This document shows positions 28,376-41,936 of a stretch of 64,000 bases of DNA, in pieces. Below the pieces are notes generated by a model. The model searched no databases. It was not told the DNA's origin and saw nothing but the letters and a program-made list of their open reading frames with translations. The DNA comes from Eledone cirrhosa (Eukaryota): assembly GCA_964016885.1 (NCBI GenBank), contig OZ024743.1, positions 304,234,001-304,298,000 on the forward strand, read 5' to 3'. Every line of letters begins with the position of its first letter. Within the stretch, counting starts at the first letter, position 1. The position numbers and the translations under genes were made by a program.

Positions 28376-31300
28376 TAAATTAATAAAAATAATGAATAAA
28401 CAAAGAAACAGTTCCTTATATTAAAAAATTCATCATTTTACGATCGTTTCTAGGATATATATGTTAGTGTTGGTATGCATATCCTATAGATATATGTAAA
28501 ATGTTTACAAACTATCAGAAGGAATATACATACCTACACATATATATGCTGTCTTCAGAAGTAATGATATTTGTTTATTGAAAAAAACCAACAAAGATTT
28601 AATACAATAGGTCTGTTTGGGAACAGGTTTTGAATTTACCAATAGAAAGATAGTGAAGGTCAAGATGGTAAAATAGTAGTAAAAGAACCTTAATTTATGG
28701 GTAGAGGAAGGTAGATTTCAGTTTTGGATGGAAAGAATATTATGAATGAAATATTATTTTAGGGATGAAAATAGGTCATATGCTGTCTTCAGAAATAATT
28801 ATATTTGTTCATTGAATAAAACCAACAAAGATTTAATATAATAGGTCTGTTTGGGAACAGGTTTTGAATTGACCAATAGAAAGGTAATAACTGGCTAAAT
28901 GGTAAAATAGTAGTAATGGAAGTTTAATTTAGGGATAGAAGAAGGCAGATTTCAGTTCTGAATGGAAGGAGTATGAAGAGGGAAAAGGTTATTTGAGGGG
29001 TGAAAATAGGTCAGGTCGGTAAAAGGTACACGAAAAATTGCTGTTATAAAAGAATAATGCCAATGTAAATATCTAAGGAGACTAAAATTTTACGATAAAA
29101 GTGTTAGAGAAAAAAAAATATATATGGAATTTACATCTATGAAAATAAAATAAATTAATTTAATTGCTAGGTATATTTATATTGATAAAATTATATTAAT
29201 GCATATAGATATGATAAATAAGAGTTAGATGTAATTGAAGAGTGCTGTTAAAGACGAGGGGAAATAAAAAAATATATATGTATAATTATTGGGGTGGGGT
29301 GGGGGGGGGGGGGTAAATTTATTAGTGAGAAACAACAAATATATAGAGATTACAAGGAACATAGAATCATAACCTGAAATTAAAACAGTATATATGTATA
29401 CTTAATGGTATCAATTTTAGGAAAAGATAGTTGTAATAAGGAAAATAAAATGATGTAGTTCATTAGTAGTAGAATATTAATTATAGGTTAACTAAATTAA
29501 AAAAGGTGTTGTTATAATAATTTCTAACGTGTATATTAATTAGGTTTATAATATTTAAAGGTTTTTCTCAGTTTATGATTACACGGTATTATTAATTCCT
29601 GTCGCATATTTAATAGGATATCCTTAGATTTCATTATTTCAAAAAATTCTTGGGAACACAATCTACATTCATATCTATTATTTTGATAAGGGGTGGCCCT
29701 TTTGAGCACACTCCAGGTCAGGTCATAATCTATATTCCTCTTTCTATAATTATTGATTATTTCAGCTAAAGATGTTGTATTAGCTAATGCGGCATTTTTA
29801 AAACTGTGTTTGTGGGTATTAAATCTTACTTTAAATTGGTTAGAGGTAGCTCCTATATATGAATAAATTGAGTCCTTAATGTTAACTTTACATTTATAGA
29901 CTATGTTATTAACAAGGCAATTTCCTTTTAATGGGTAATTTGCTTTGTTTCTACAGTTACAACTTTTCGTGAATCCTGTATCAGAGGAGATATTATGGTT
30001 AGTTTGATGTATTGGTGGTATACTCATGGTTTTTTTTACATTTATATGCATTATAGGCACTTATATTTTGTTTTATGTTTTTGGTTGTGGAGTAGGAGAA
30101 TTTAACCGTTGATCTGTTTAAAATTTGATGGTATTTGTGGTTGGGCGGGAAGTTCTTCTCTAGGATATAAAAAAATGTCTTAGGTATATTATCTTTAATT
30201 TGTAAATTAAATGGAGCATTATACTAAGTAACTCGTCTATTACGGTTTCGATGTTGTTTATTATTTTTATAGGATGTATCCTGATGTTTATTAAGAGAAT
30301 TATTGTTAATGACTTCACCACACACATTTTTAGTTAGATTCATTGATCTAGGTGTTTTAGCTTGTTTATTAGGAGTTTTATTATTAACATTTATTAGAGT
30401 AGTAGGATGAATAGTTTTTTGAGAGTTACTATATTGAATATTAGAAGAGTTAGAGAAATTTGGTTTTATGTTGGTATTTTTGGGTATAGTGTGAGTGGCA
30501 TTTAGGTGTGTATGTTTAATTTGGTGTTTGTTGGTAATATTAGGTTGTATGTTTTTAGAGTTATTGGTACAAGGTATATATACTAATTTATTTTTGTGGT
30601 CACTTCTAGCTAAAGCTTCGTTATAAAAGGTCGCATTTTTATCAAATACATCCTGGTTAGACGAAAGGTTAGAAATTCTGAGTGAGATATTATATGCTAG
30701 GTTTTTAAGGATAGATTTAGGGTGATTAGATTGTGAGTGTATGTAATGTAAGTTTTGGTTAGGTTTATGGTAAGGTTGGTAGATACCCGTAGATAAGTCT
30801 AATGTTATATCAAGGAAATTAACTACTTTACTTGTGTTTTCAAATGTAATATCTAGATTATAATAGTCTTTGAGGAAAGTTCTAATAAGCTTTTTATTTT
30901 TTTCAATCTCTGAAAGGTGAAGTCATTAACAATAATTCTCTTAATAAACATCAGGATACATCCTATAAAAATAATAAACAACATCGAAACCGTAATAGAC
31001 GAGTTACTTGGTATAATGCTCCATTTAATTTACAAATTAAAGATAATATATCTAAAAAAATGTTTTATTTCCTAGAGAAGAACTTCCCGTCAAACCACAA
31101 ACACCATCACATTTTAAATAGATCAACGATTAAATTCTCCTACTCCACAACCAAAAACATAAAACAAAATATAAGTGTCTATAATGCATATAAATGTAAA
31201 AAAAAACCATGAGTATACCACCAATACATCAAACTAACCATAATATCTCCTCTGATACAGGATTCACGAAAAGTTGTAACTGTAGAAACAAAGCAAATTG

Positions 31301-32850
31301 CCCATTAAAAGGAAATTACCTTGTTAATAACATAGTATATAAATGTAAAGTTAACACTAAGGACTCAATTTATTCATATATAGGAGCTACCTCTAACCAA
31401 TTTAAAGTAAGATTTAATACCCACAAACACAGTTTTAAAAATGCCGCATTAGCTAATACAACATATTTAGCTGAAATAATCAATAATTATAGAAAAGAGG
31501 AATATAGATTATGAACTGACCTGGAGTGTGCTCAAAAGGGCCACCCCTTATCAAAATAATAGATATGAATGTAGATTGTGTTCCCAAGAACTTTTTGAAA
31601 TAATGAAATCTATGGATATCCTATTAAATAAGCGACAGGAATTAATAATATCGTGTAATCATAAACTGAGAAAAACCTTTAAATATTATAAACCTAATTA
31701 ATATACACTTTAGAAATTATTATAATAACCCCTTTTTTAATTTAGTTAACCTATAATTAATATTCTACTACTAATGAACTACATGATTTTATTTTCCTTT
31801 TTACAACTATCTTTTCCTAAAATTGATATCATTAAATATACATATATACTGTTTTAATTTCAGGTTATGATTCTATGTTCCTTGTAATCTCTATATATTT
31901 GTTGTTTCTCACTAATAAATGTACCCCCCCCCCCCCCCAATAATTATATATATATATATTTTTTATTTCCCCTCGTCTTTAACAGCACTCTTCAATTACA
32001 TCTAACTCTTATTTATCATATCTATATGCATTAATATAATGTTATCAATATAAATATACCTATCAATGTAATTAATTTATTTTATTTTCATTGATGTAAA
32101 TTCCATATATATATTTTTTTTCACCAACACTTTTATCGTAAAATTTTAGTCTCCTTAGATATTTACATTGGCATTATTCTTTCATAACAGCAATTTTTCG
32201 TGTATATTTTACCGACCTGTCCAATTTTCACCCCTCAAATAACCTTTTCCTTCTTCATACTCCTTCCATTCAGAACTGAAATCTGCCTTCTTCTATCCCT
32301 AAATTAAACTTCCATTACTACTATTTTACCATTTAGCCAGTTATTACCTTTCTATTGGTCAATTCAAAACCTGTTCCCAAACAGACCTATTATATTAAAT
32401 ATTTGTTGGTTTTATTCAATGAACAAATATAATTATTTCTGGAGACAGCATATGACCTATTTTCATCCCTAAAATAATATTTCATTCATAATATTCTTTC
32501 CATCCAAAACTGAAATCTACCTTCCTCTACCCATAAATTAAGGTTCTTTTACTACTATTTTACCATCTTGACCTTCACTATCTTTCTATTGGTAAATTCA
32601 AAACCTGTTCCCAAACAGACCTATTGTATTAAATCTTTGTTGGTTTTTTTCAATAAACAAATATCATTATTTCTGAAGACAGCATATATATGTGTAGGTA
32701 TGTATATTCCTTCTGATAGTTTGTAAAAATTTTACATAGATCTATAGTATATGCATACCAACACTAACATATATATCCTAGAAACGATCGTAAAATGATG
32801 AATTTTTTTATATAAGGAACTGTTTCTTTGTTTATTCATTATTTTTATTA

Positions 32851-32855
<5 letters not shown>
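28376..32855. mobile_element. Head-to-head pair of 5'-truncated PLE copies (minus 28376-30915, plus 30916-32855)
   Basis: 28376-30319 is the reverse complement of 30916-32855. Both encode CNCRNKAN(C/Y)PLKGN...NIVYKC...YIG...CRLC. 30320-30915 is extra minus-strand RT (NFLDITLDL, SNHP). Confidence 0.93.
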
Positions 32856-32910
<55 letters not shown>

Positions 32911-32915
<5 letters not shown>

Positions 32916-33125
32916 AGGTTACACAACAGTTAGTTCACCACACCGAGAAACAATTGTTTCACCTTAGCGGAACCTCAGCTCGTAAGTTACGAGCTGAGGA
33001 TCCACTAAGGTGAAACAATTATTCTCGGTGTGGTAAACTAACTGTTGTATAACCACTTCTAACTAACTCATGCCATGGACTGAGTGCTCTACCACTACCG
33101 ATATTACCTTCCAGTGTTCTACCGC
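32911..33125. mobile_element. Fold-back pLTR (palindrome 32911-33060) with two minimal HHRs
   Basis: Axis ctcgtaa-g-ttacgag (32986). + strand: cgag-CTGAGGA-tcc-actaa-ggt-GAAAC-aatt-att-ctcg, mirrored on the minus strand. Lies between (TA)n runs. Confidence 0.8.
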
Positions 33126-33142
33126 TATATATATATATATAT

Positions 33143-33804
33143 ATAAAGAATTAATATCTAGTAACATATATATACATACAGATGCATATCAATGCTAGCA
33201 AATATATAGGTTTTGTCTTAGTAACTTTGTGGTTCAATGCATGGGGTTGCCGAACAATAATATGAGAGACGTAAAATAATAAAATTATAAAATTAACTTA
33301 CTTACTAAAATATCACTTCCAACTAATTAGTTTCTGAAATGGAATAAATATATTTTCCGAAGAAAACATAGAGAATCATTTCGTCGTCAGGGAAGACTAT
33401 TCTCAGCTAAGTATCCAGGCAAAGCGTGGACTCTGGAAAATTATTCAAAAATAATTCAGTGGATAGAAAATAGCAAAGCGTGGACTGAATTCCTAGCCAT
33501 TGAGAAAATCACTGCCTCTGCGTCGGTGGCAAATTCAAAAAGAATCAATCACATGACATCGAGGTCAATCAGTGGAATGTGGTTTGCTAATAAGACAGCG
33601 GCCTGCCTGCTACCATAGCAGCAGTCTTGGCCAATATTGCTCGACAAATAATTTGGAGATAATTATAAAGAATTAATATCTAGTAACATATATATATACA
33701 TACAGATGCATATCAATGCTAGCAAATATATAGGTTTTGTCTTAGTAACTGTGTGGTTCAATGCATGGTGTTGCAGAACAATAATATGATAGACGTAAAA
33801 TAAG

Positions 33805-33808
<4 letters not shown>
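33143..33808 (-). mobile_element. About 1.3 tandem copies of the 530-bp unit
   Basis: Reverse complement of the 18751-19635 family. ataaagaattaatatctagtaac recurs at about 33143 and 33665. TA runs on both sides. Confidence 0.8.
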
Positions 33809-33840
<32 letters not shown>

Positions 33841-33843
<3 letters not shown>

Positions 33844-34166
33844 CGTGTAATTGTTTTCAAAGCAAAAAATAATGACGTATTATCTTCGTTTTTTTCCGTC
33901 TTTGCCAGGGAACGTTTCCACGAATCAAAGTATCGTGTTCTTGTCTTCTTTCGGTTGCAACGTTTTTCGAAATATTTACTTCTGCGTTCACAGATTGTTT
34001 TTTTTTAAAGTTTCAGAAGATTCCGTTAAGGGTGAAAACAGCGACTCTTTGCTTAAAATTTAATCTGTTATTTTAATAAATATTTGCTCTACGGTTCTTA
34101 TATATTTGATATATATTTATCCTTATCGAGCCCTCTTTGGATTTTAGTCTTCACATTTATTATTAT

Positions 34167-34170
<4 letters not shown>
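33841..34170 (+). mobile_element. Solo pLTR of the 20521-23230 PLE family
   Basis: Aligns with 22925-23230. CAGAAGA-ttcc-gttaa-gggt-GAAA core variant. Confidence 0.8.
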
Positions 34171-34240
<70 letters not shown>

Positions 34241-35685
34241 TAAATTTAACATCAATAGACACTATCTCTGCAATATGAGATAAAGTAACTTTTAAAATAA
34301 ATAAAATGTAAGAAACAATACAAAATATAATTCACAATTTTTGTTTTTCAATTTACTCTAGTATTAAAACATAAACCTTAACCGAAAATCTAATTGTACA
34401 CTCTAAACCACAAAACTCAAATCTTAACCATAAAGTTGAATCATACCCTTAAAGATATAACAGGTCACTAAGCTCTAAATGCAGTTGTTGAATTTGGAGT
34501 CACTACCACCATATGGAGATGGATTAAATTGCTGAAATAATTTATGAGATAAATATATAATTTAATATATGTGAAGGCATGTTGTATAGTTTAGATAGAC
34601 GTTTACAATCACTCGGTGTTAGTAAGGCGTCTTCTACTCTAAGCTCGAGTTCACGAAATGCTTTTGAGTACAATGTGGTAACCGGAAAATGTGCGTGCAT
34701 ATATGTCTTTGTAGATGAGTGTATGCATATGCATGTAGATATTATATTTGTAGTTGTCTGTATAGATGACAAAATGCTAGGATCGATAGGATCGACACGA
34801 TTTCTTACAACCTCTAAGTATGACAGCGACCAGTCGAACGACTGACAACATCAAAAGATGAGATTAATTATCTTCCTATCCAGTGTGTTCCTTGTTTATG
34901 AATCTAAATAAAACGGCAATAAACTGAGAGTGAATTCATAAACAATAAATTCAATAAATGTATGAACAATAAGTTAAAATAATTTCGTTAAATGTGTGTC
35001 TGGGGCAGAACACTCGTGAAAATAGTTTCAATTAAATCAAGATGTTTACCATTCACAATATTCTGCGTGATTTTATTTGTATTTCTACAATTAGTTCAGA
35101 CCATTTTCGCCTATATACTTTGTTGACGCTCACACATTCACACACATACATACTCACATAACTACACAGAGAATCACACACAAATTCACATATACACACA
35201 AAAGCACACACATATTCACACACATACACACACATAACGCACACTCACAGACACATCGTTAAATACACACAAACGCACGCATTCAGATGCACATACACAC
35301 ATTCACACTCCCAGACAGATTCACACATACACCTATGCATATATATATACATATGTATATTTATATATGTACGTGCCCACGTCTATGTGTGCGCGCCAGT
35401 ATGTGTTGACATAAATTGGCGTTTTCCCTATCAGGTATAGGGAAAGCGAAGCAAAGTATCCTTACTTCATTAGACGTAACTCGTGATATTCTGCTGATTA
35501 TTTTTCAATTTCTTTCCACGAAAACAAATTTTGTATTTGATATTGACTATCTTAATCGGCATCGATATTCTTCTTTTCATCTCGCCCGGCTCTCTCTGAT
35601 TTTGATACTCTGAGTTTTTTATTGCTTTCCTCACACTGATGTTTTCACTTTCTGTGCCTCTATATGTATTTTAACCTCAAAATCA

Positions 35686-35769
<84 letters not shown>

Positions 35770-36335
35770 TAATTCCTTCATTCTGGTAGTGAAAAAGTCG
35801 TCAGTTATCATTAGCTAGATTTTTAGTGATTACCCCTTGTCATTGCTAGCTAAATATGTTTTATATTTATCACCGACAGCGTATTCTTCATGTGTTGGTA
35901 ACGTCTAAAAATAAAATATAAGAGATATTAAATCGTGTTTCTACCTCTCTAGCTTGAAACATGTTTGGTAGATTTAAGCTCATAAATAAAGATAAATAAA
36001 CGGTCTCGGAGAACATTATCATACATGATTGAGAGAATGTGATTCACTAAAATCCAAAGACCCAGTCTTTTATGACACAATCAATGGTAAAAAAAAGGTT
36101 AAACTGTCGTCGATGTTTTCATGCGTTCATGGGTGTTCTGACTATTGTTTTTTACAATTTTGCTATCGTTTTTATAGTATTACTCCTGATTATGATGTTT
36201 CATTCACTTTCCTATATATTTTTGTTTTTACTTATTCCATACCTATCTAATACCTATAACAAACGCATATATATATGTGTATGTATGTGTGTGTCTGTGA
36301 GTGTATGTATGCATATATATATATAGGCAATTTGC

Positions 36336-36396
<61 letters not shown>

Positions 36397-36529
36397 GTCA
36401 GTTAAGTTTAAACTTGGAACCAACAGTAAATAATACACATTTTTTTTATAAGGTGAGGATGTTAGGCCTCTTATTATTCTACATTTATTTTGTGTATATA
36501 GATATATAAATGTGCTTTTGTACATTTGC

Positions 36530-36577
<48 letters not shown>

Positions 36578-37139
36578 GTGTACATATGCATTTGTATTTC
36601 TTTGTTTAGGTTTCAATTTGTCTGTCTGTTTACTTACGACTTACTATTATTTGCCAAGCTTATTTTTATTTACACGATTATTATATTTTTATACGATGGG
36701 GAAGATAATTAGGATGTCTGGAGACTTTTTTCTCGTTTTGTCAATGTTTTTGTTAATTTTATCGCGTTTCTTGTTACGAGTTAATTTGAAACTAGAAGAA
36801 AATCGCATTAAAAGTTATTTATACTTGTTTCTACTCATTGATATTATCGATATTTTATATATTATAGTTATTTATCTTATTATTTATTCATTCATTTATT
36901 ATCATTACTTTATTATTATCATTGTTATTATTATTATTATCATTTTCATTATTATTATTATTATTCGTATTATTGTTGTCGCTGTTGTTGTTATCATTTT
37001 CTTCTCTTTACTCAATATTGCGTTGTTCTCTACCGGTAGTTCGGTGGTTAGACATTAAGCTGTCTCCTGCTGATATGGGCGTTTCGTAATTTTCGTAAGG
37101 TCTTTGTTGCGTAAAACACTCAATTTATCGGTATAGTCA

Positions 37140-37300
37140 GGAAATTCTATATACATCATCTTCAACCAGCCATTATAACTTGTCCTTAAGGCTCCAATTA
37201 CATTTGGGATGCTAAAAACATGTGTGGTGATTCAAGATTTTCTGCATTTCGTATTTCATCACTTAGTATATCTGTTTACTCATTTCCGTTGTTTACCAAT
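37140..37300 (-). mobile_element. Highly decayed RLE-type LINE 3' remnant
   Basis: The minus strand reads IPNVIGALRT, like VIPVVIGALET at 43.6 kb. Confidence 0.35.
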
Positions 37301-39559
37301 GTTAGTATGATATAGGTATTATCTTTTTAATATTTAAGTCCAATAATACATTTCCATGATTGTTTTTAAAAACACTTTGTGCTTTGTTGTCATACAATTT
37401 CTTCGCATGTTCAAATTCATATTCATACATTCACAGAGTTATAATGTCTCCCGTTCATGTTTTTTTCATAATACATTCTATATGCAACCGGTATGTTTAA
37501 TTGTCTAACTTCCTTCCGATATATCACAATCTCATTTCACGTCTAACATTAAACTTTCTCTCTGTCTGTCTGGCTGTCTCCTTCTCTCACGCTTTTATCT
37601 CTCGCCAAACCTCCCTTTATCTGTATATACTGGAATGTATTAGGCACTTGATGCACCCCAATATTTTGGAAAAGGTTTCAATGTATGTTTTTCTGCTTAT
37701 ACCGTTGTTTTCTAGTTTTCAGTGTTTCACTTTGTTTTCCTTTCGTTCCTTCCTACTGTTAGCAAAATACACCATTATTTTCATCAGCTTACTTCCTCAA
37801 AATCGATTTATCTATTTTCACACATACTGCGCTTATCAAGCCTCGTCCTCGATCTTATCTGCTCGGTATATGACTCAGTATATTGTCAGCATTTTCCTTG
37901 TTTTTCTAAATTCGTAAGTTCATACTTTCTTCGGTTCATTACTCCAGCACTGTATCTGATGTTGATGTTGCTATTGGGTTCATAGGCCTGAGTGGGATTT
38001 TAATATACTTTGAAAATCGGAGGTAATTTCTCTTGATTTGGTTTTCCGAACGCTTTCTTTTTATTGATTCATACAATTGCTAATGAAGTTTGTCTTCTCT
38101 TGGAGTTTCTTATTATCATCTTTCTTGGCAGCTGGGGTTTAGCTCCTCATGAATTTCTCGGTGATAATTTATGTTTATAAATAGTGTGAAATGTTCCTGT
38201 AGGTGAGCGTAGATACATTCTGTAAACATACCTGTTAACAGTTTCAACAATAAGAATAGGCAATTTAGTATTCTGTAGTTTAAGACAACGGACTATTTCT
38301 GATTTTCTTTCATGATCAGGTATATTTGACGTTAGTCATGCAATGCGACATAATTCTGTACCGGAGACTTGCATAATTTGACTTCATTTGCATCTGTGTT
38401 TTTAGGTTCTTCGGAGCAAAATGAAAGCTATATGCGTATGAAGGTTACAATATGCTTTCTTCCTGGATCATATTGATGTACTTCCTAGAATAGTGAAGTA
38501 TTCTATTATAAACTATAACATTCCAGTCAGTGTTTTTTGCAATTCATTGGAATTAAAAGAATAGAAAGCAACGTAGAGAAAACGCTCAATTTTGATGAAA
38601 ATAAATCTATATCATATGTTTAGGTATTATAACTTTATTTCCGATGATCACAAATATTCCTTGTGCAGATATGAGAGTTGTGTATATTTTGATTTCTTAT
38701 GATTATGTTTAAATTGGTGTTGTTATACTAGAAACAAGTTCATTGATGCAAAAGTAAAATCATTGCTTTGCAAATGTTATACGTACAATTTGATCAATAT
38801 ATACATCCATTTGAACTATATCTTTTCAGAAAATATGAACGCCGACAAAGTCAATCTCTTCATTTCTACAGAATAAAGATTCCTAACGTCAAAAACCAAA
38901 AGGCAAAGCATCTTTCTTTCTTTTCATAGTAATTATTTGGGTGGAGAAGCATGTTTTTCTAAAGACTGTTATGATTGCTATAGGTGATCTAAATTCCTGC
39001 AGCGGAATTTACATTGAGAATAATACATTGGAATCGTTAAAGGAAGATTAAACCAAACTTGTAGTGATTCGTCCATTAGAGCTGAAACGGCAGTTACACT
39101 TATGTGAAAGTGAACACCACATGTATTTCAATTTTTATTTCGTCGAGTAGATAAACTTCTCGATTCCTCTACGAATTGCGAAAAGACTATATTCTCAAGA
39201 ATCTTCTATTCACACCATAGAAAACTGTACTTATTCCGGCTTCATAACAAACAGAAAATCAGCTATTGCAAGGGTAGCATGGGATGTTGTTTAATAATCA
39301 TAATTGAGGAGGTGAAGTTCTGTGATAAAGGACATTACAGCTATAAACACTCCCTCTTTTATTTCCAGACAGAAAAGATCTAGTACTATATGCAATATTT
39401 ATTTCTCTTTACAAGATAGTTGTGCGATATTTGTTTGTTTCTTCTTGCAGGGCGGGTGAAGATGTAGAGGATATTTATTTGAATCCTTATGACAGGAATT
39501 GTAGAATTCCGTTTATATTATTCAATTTTCAAAGTTTTATATTTTAAACTTCCAATCAT

Positions 39560-39700
39560 GCAAATCTCATTTTTATTTTAATGTTTTCCGGTCTAAAAGA
39601 AATAGTACCAATAATATATACTGAGGTCAGTTTAATCGGCTATATATTTTCCATTAATAAGAATAAAGTTTCCTTGTGTCTAGACAAATGAAAACATTAC
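39560..39700 (+). mobile_element. Decayed 3' half of the Nin-type SINE
   Basis: aaatagtaccaataatatatactgaggtc...ccttgtgtctag resembles 26870-26930. Confidence 0.4.
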
Positions 39701-41879
39701 TTTATTTTGTGTGTTTTTGTTTTTAGGATAAAATTCACTTTTATTCTAATTGCACGCATAAATTTAATTTATCACGAAAATTTTATCACGTATGATTTTC
39801 CTTTAGTCATCATACATGTTTAAAATAATTTCTACTAATTACCTCTATCTCATTAATTTATCTTCTAAAATTCAACGCAAATTAGTACTCATGTTTATTT
39901 TACTTTTTGGATTGCGTCTCCTCATTCGACTATATATTGATTACATTTTTCTCTTTATAATATAAGTGTTTACGAAATAAATAATTTTGACAATTGATTT
40001 GACACTAGTAAATTCCTGGTACGCATTTGAACGACGCGATAGATGTAAGTAGCAAAGATCAGCAATTATATGGAATGTTAAATTGTCAAAAGAATAACTG
40101 ATTGGGAATAGACTAGAATTCTCTGAATTCAGTAGTTTAACATTCACTTTCGCCAATACCATGACTCACTTCAATTATTTCTGCCGAAATTGAAGAACGA
40201 AACGATACGAACTAGCGGATATTCCTCATCATATTATCATTGTGTCTTTTAAAAGAAACATGTATGTGAAAATTGTAAAGTTATCTTCTATTTTGAAAGT
40301 TCCTACGATACATGGCATTCGAAAGTCAAAACATTGAAAATGAGGTATAGTCTACACTAGAAATCACGCCGTATCACGTTCAGGAAAATAACACATTTTG
40401 CATAAAACATTCTTCTATACATTGATTGATTGGAAGACGAAGTGGAAAAGCTTGACATAATGCCAAGCTTTACACACAATGCATTATGAACAGGACTTAC
40501 GTTACGAAATAGTTTGATCAAAGTAATCTCAGGAGTTTCTTCCAGGCTGCTTAACGGAAATTCGAATAAAATAAAGAGTTTAGGTTTTGAAATGTTGAAG
40601 ATTCACTCAGTTGATAAAAGTTTTCCCCTCTAGCACTTTCTAGAATACTATATTGCTGTTTGTGAATATATATATGCATATATAATATATTAACACTCGC
40701 TTTCTGAAGGAATCATGGTTATATCATTTGTGTTTGAACATACTGGTTTCAGGTATTGCGAGCGTGTGAAAACATCATAGTCAATTTTTCACTTTTGCTG
40801 TAATTCTGTATTTTGACACCTAACGTATTGTGGTGTTTATGTCCTTTTAAAGACAAGGTGCACAGATCTTTATATCATTGTTTATGGAGTTATGATAACA
40901 GACAGTTGTTTCTCTATTTTTATCAACGGAAACCTAATTGTATATAGTTGGTTAGCTGAAGAAAAACATATTTAACTTCGTTTTGAATTTGATTATAAAA
41001 TAATTATTCATTAGTGCGTTCATGATTCCATATCGATAGAATATGATAACGTCAAGATGTCGTCAACGTCGTCTTCTACAACTCTGAATACTTTTCCTTT
41101 TTCTGAAGGACGGCGAAATGTCAACTTTTGCCGGAGCGTCATATTTCTTTTACAAAAATAGTTCATAACAAACTTTCAATTATATATATTAAATTATATG
41201 AGTGTCAGGAAATATGTATATTTCTTTTAATTTTGAAACAGTACCTTCTTTGAAGCGAAATGTGTTCCCTTATAATATGAAGCTGCATACACGGCAGTTT
41301 GGTCGGTGGCATTTACGAATTTCAGAAACTTGCTTTAACTACGCACACACACAGACACACTCACACACATATGTATATATATATATATGGTGGTGGGTGT
41401 AAGTTTGTAAGCATGTATATATAAATATATAGTCTTGATCTTCAATCGCCAAATATAGAAAATGTATAACCGAGAAGAAAGGTTAGGTTCATTGTTTATA
41501 TCATTATTTACCTGATATTCAAAAGGATAATATTTCATCTTCTGATGTGCTTTGATGTTCTATTCATGCTATTCCTTTACATTATTTACAGTTGCATACA
41601 AAGGCTAGCACAGTCATTTATCTCAACGGGACCTTTACTACCTTCCGCAAACACCATACTACTATTCCTAGAATCATTCATCTCTCTCTTTCCTTATCTC
41701 TCGCTCTCTTTATAACTGTACATATGTATGTGTGTGTGTATTTCCATAAATACAGATATGTATGTATATATATATATATGTCTATGTGTGTGTGTGTATA
41801 TATGTGTGTATGTATATATATATATACATATTTGTTATGTGTGCGTGTGTGTGTTTCTGTGTGTATGTATGTGTATGTG

Positions 41880-41936
<57 letters not shown>

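Noticed and set aside
36618-37058. 146-aa hydrophobic ORF resembling a membrane protein
   Set aside because: It is produced by (ATT)n/(GTT)n repeats in T-rich DNA and has no domain motif.
39440-39520. Strong splice acceptor (ttcttcttgcag) followed by a short open frame
   Set aside because: No convincing downstream donor, and it runs into a decayed SINE.
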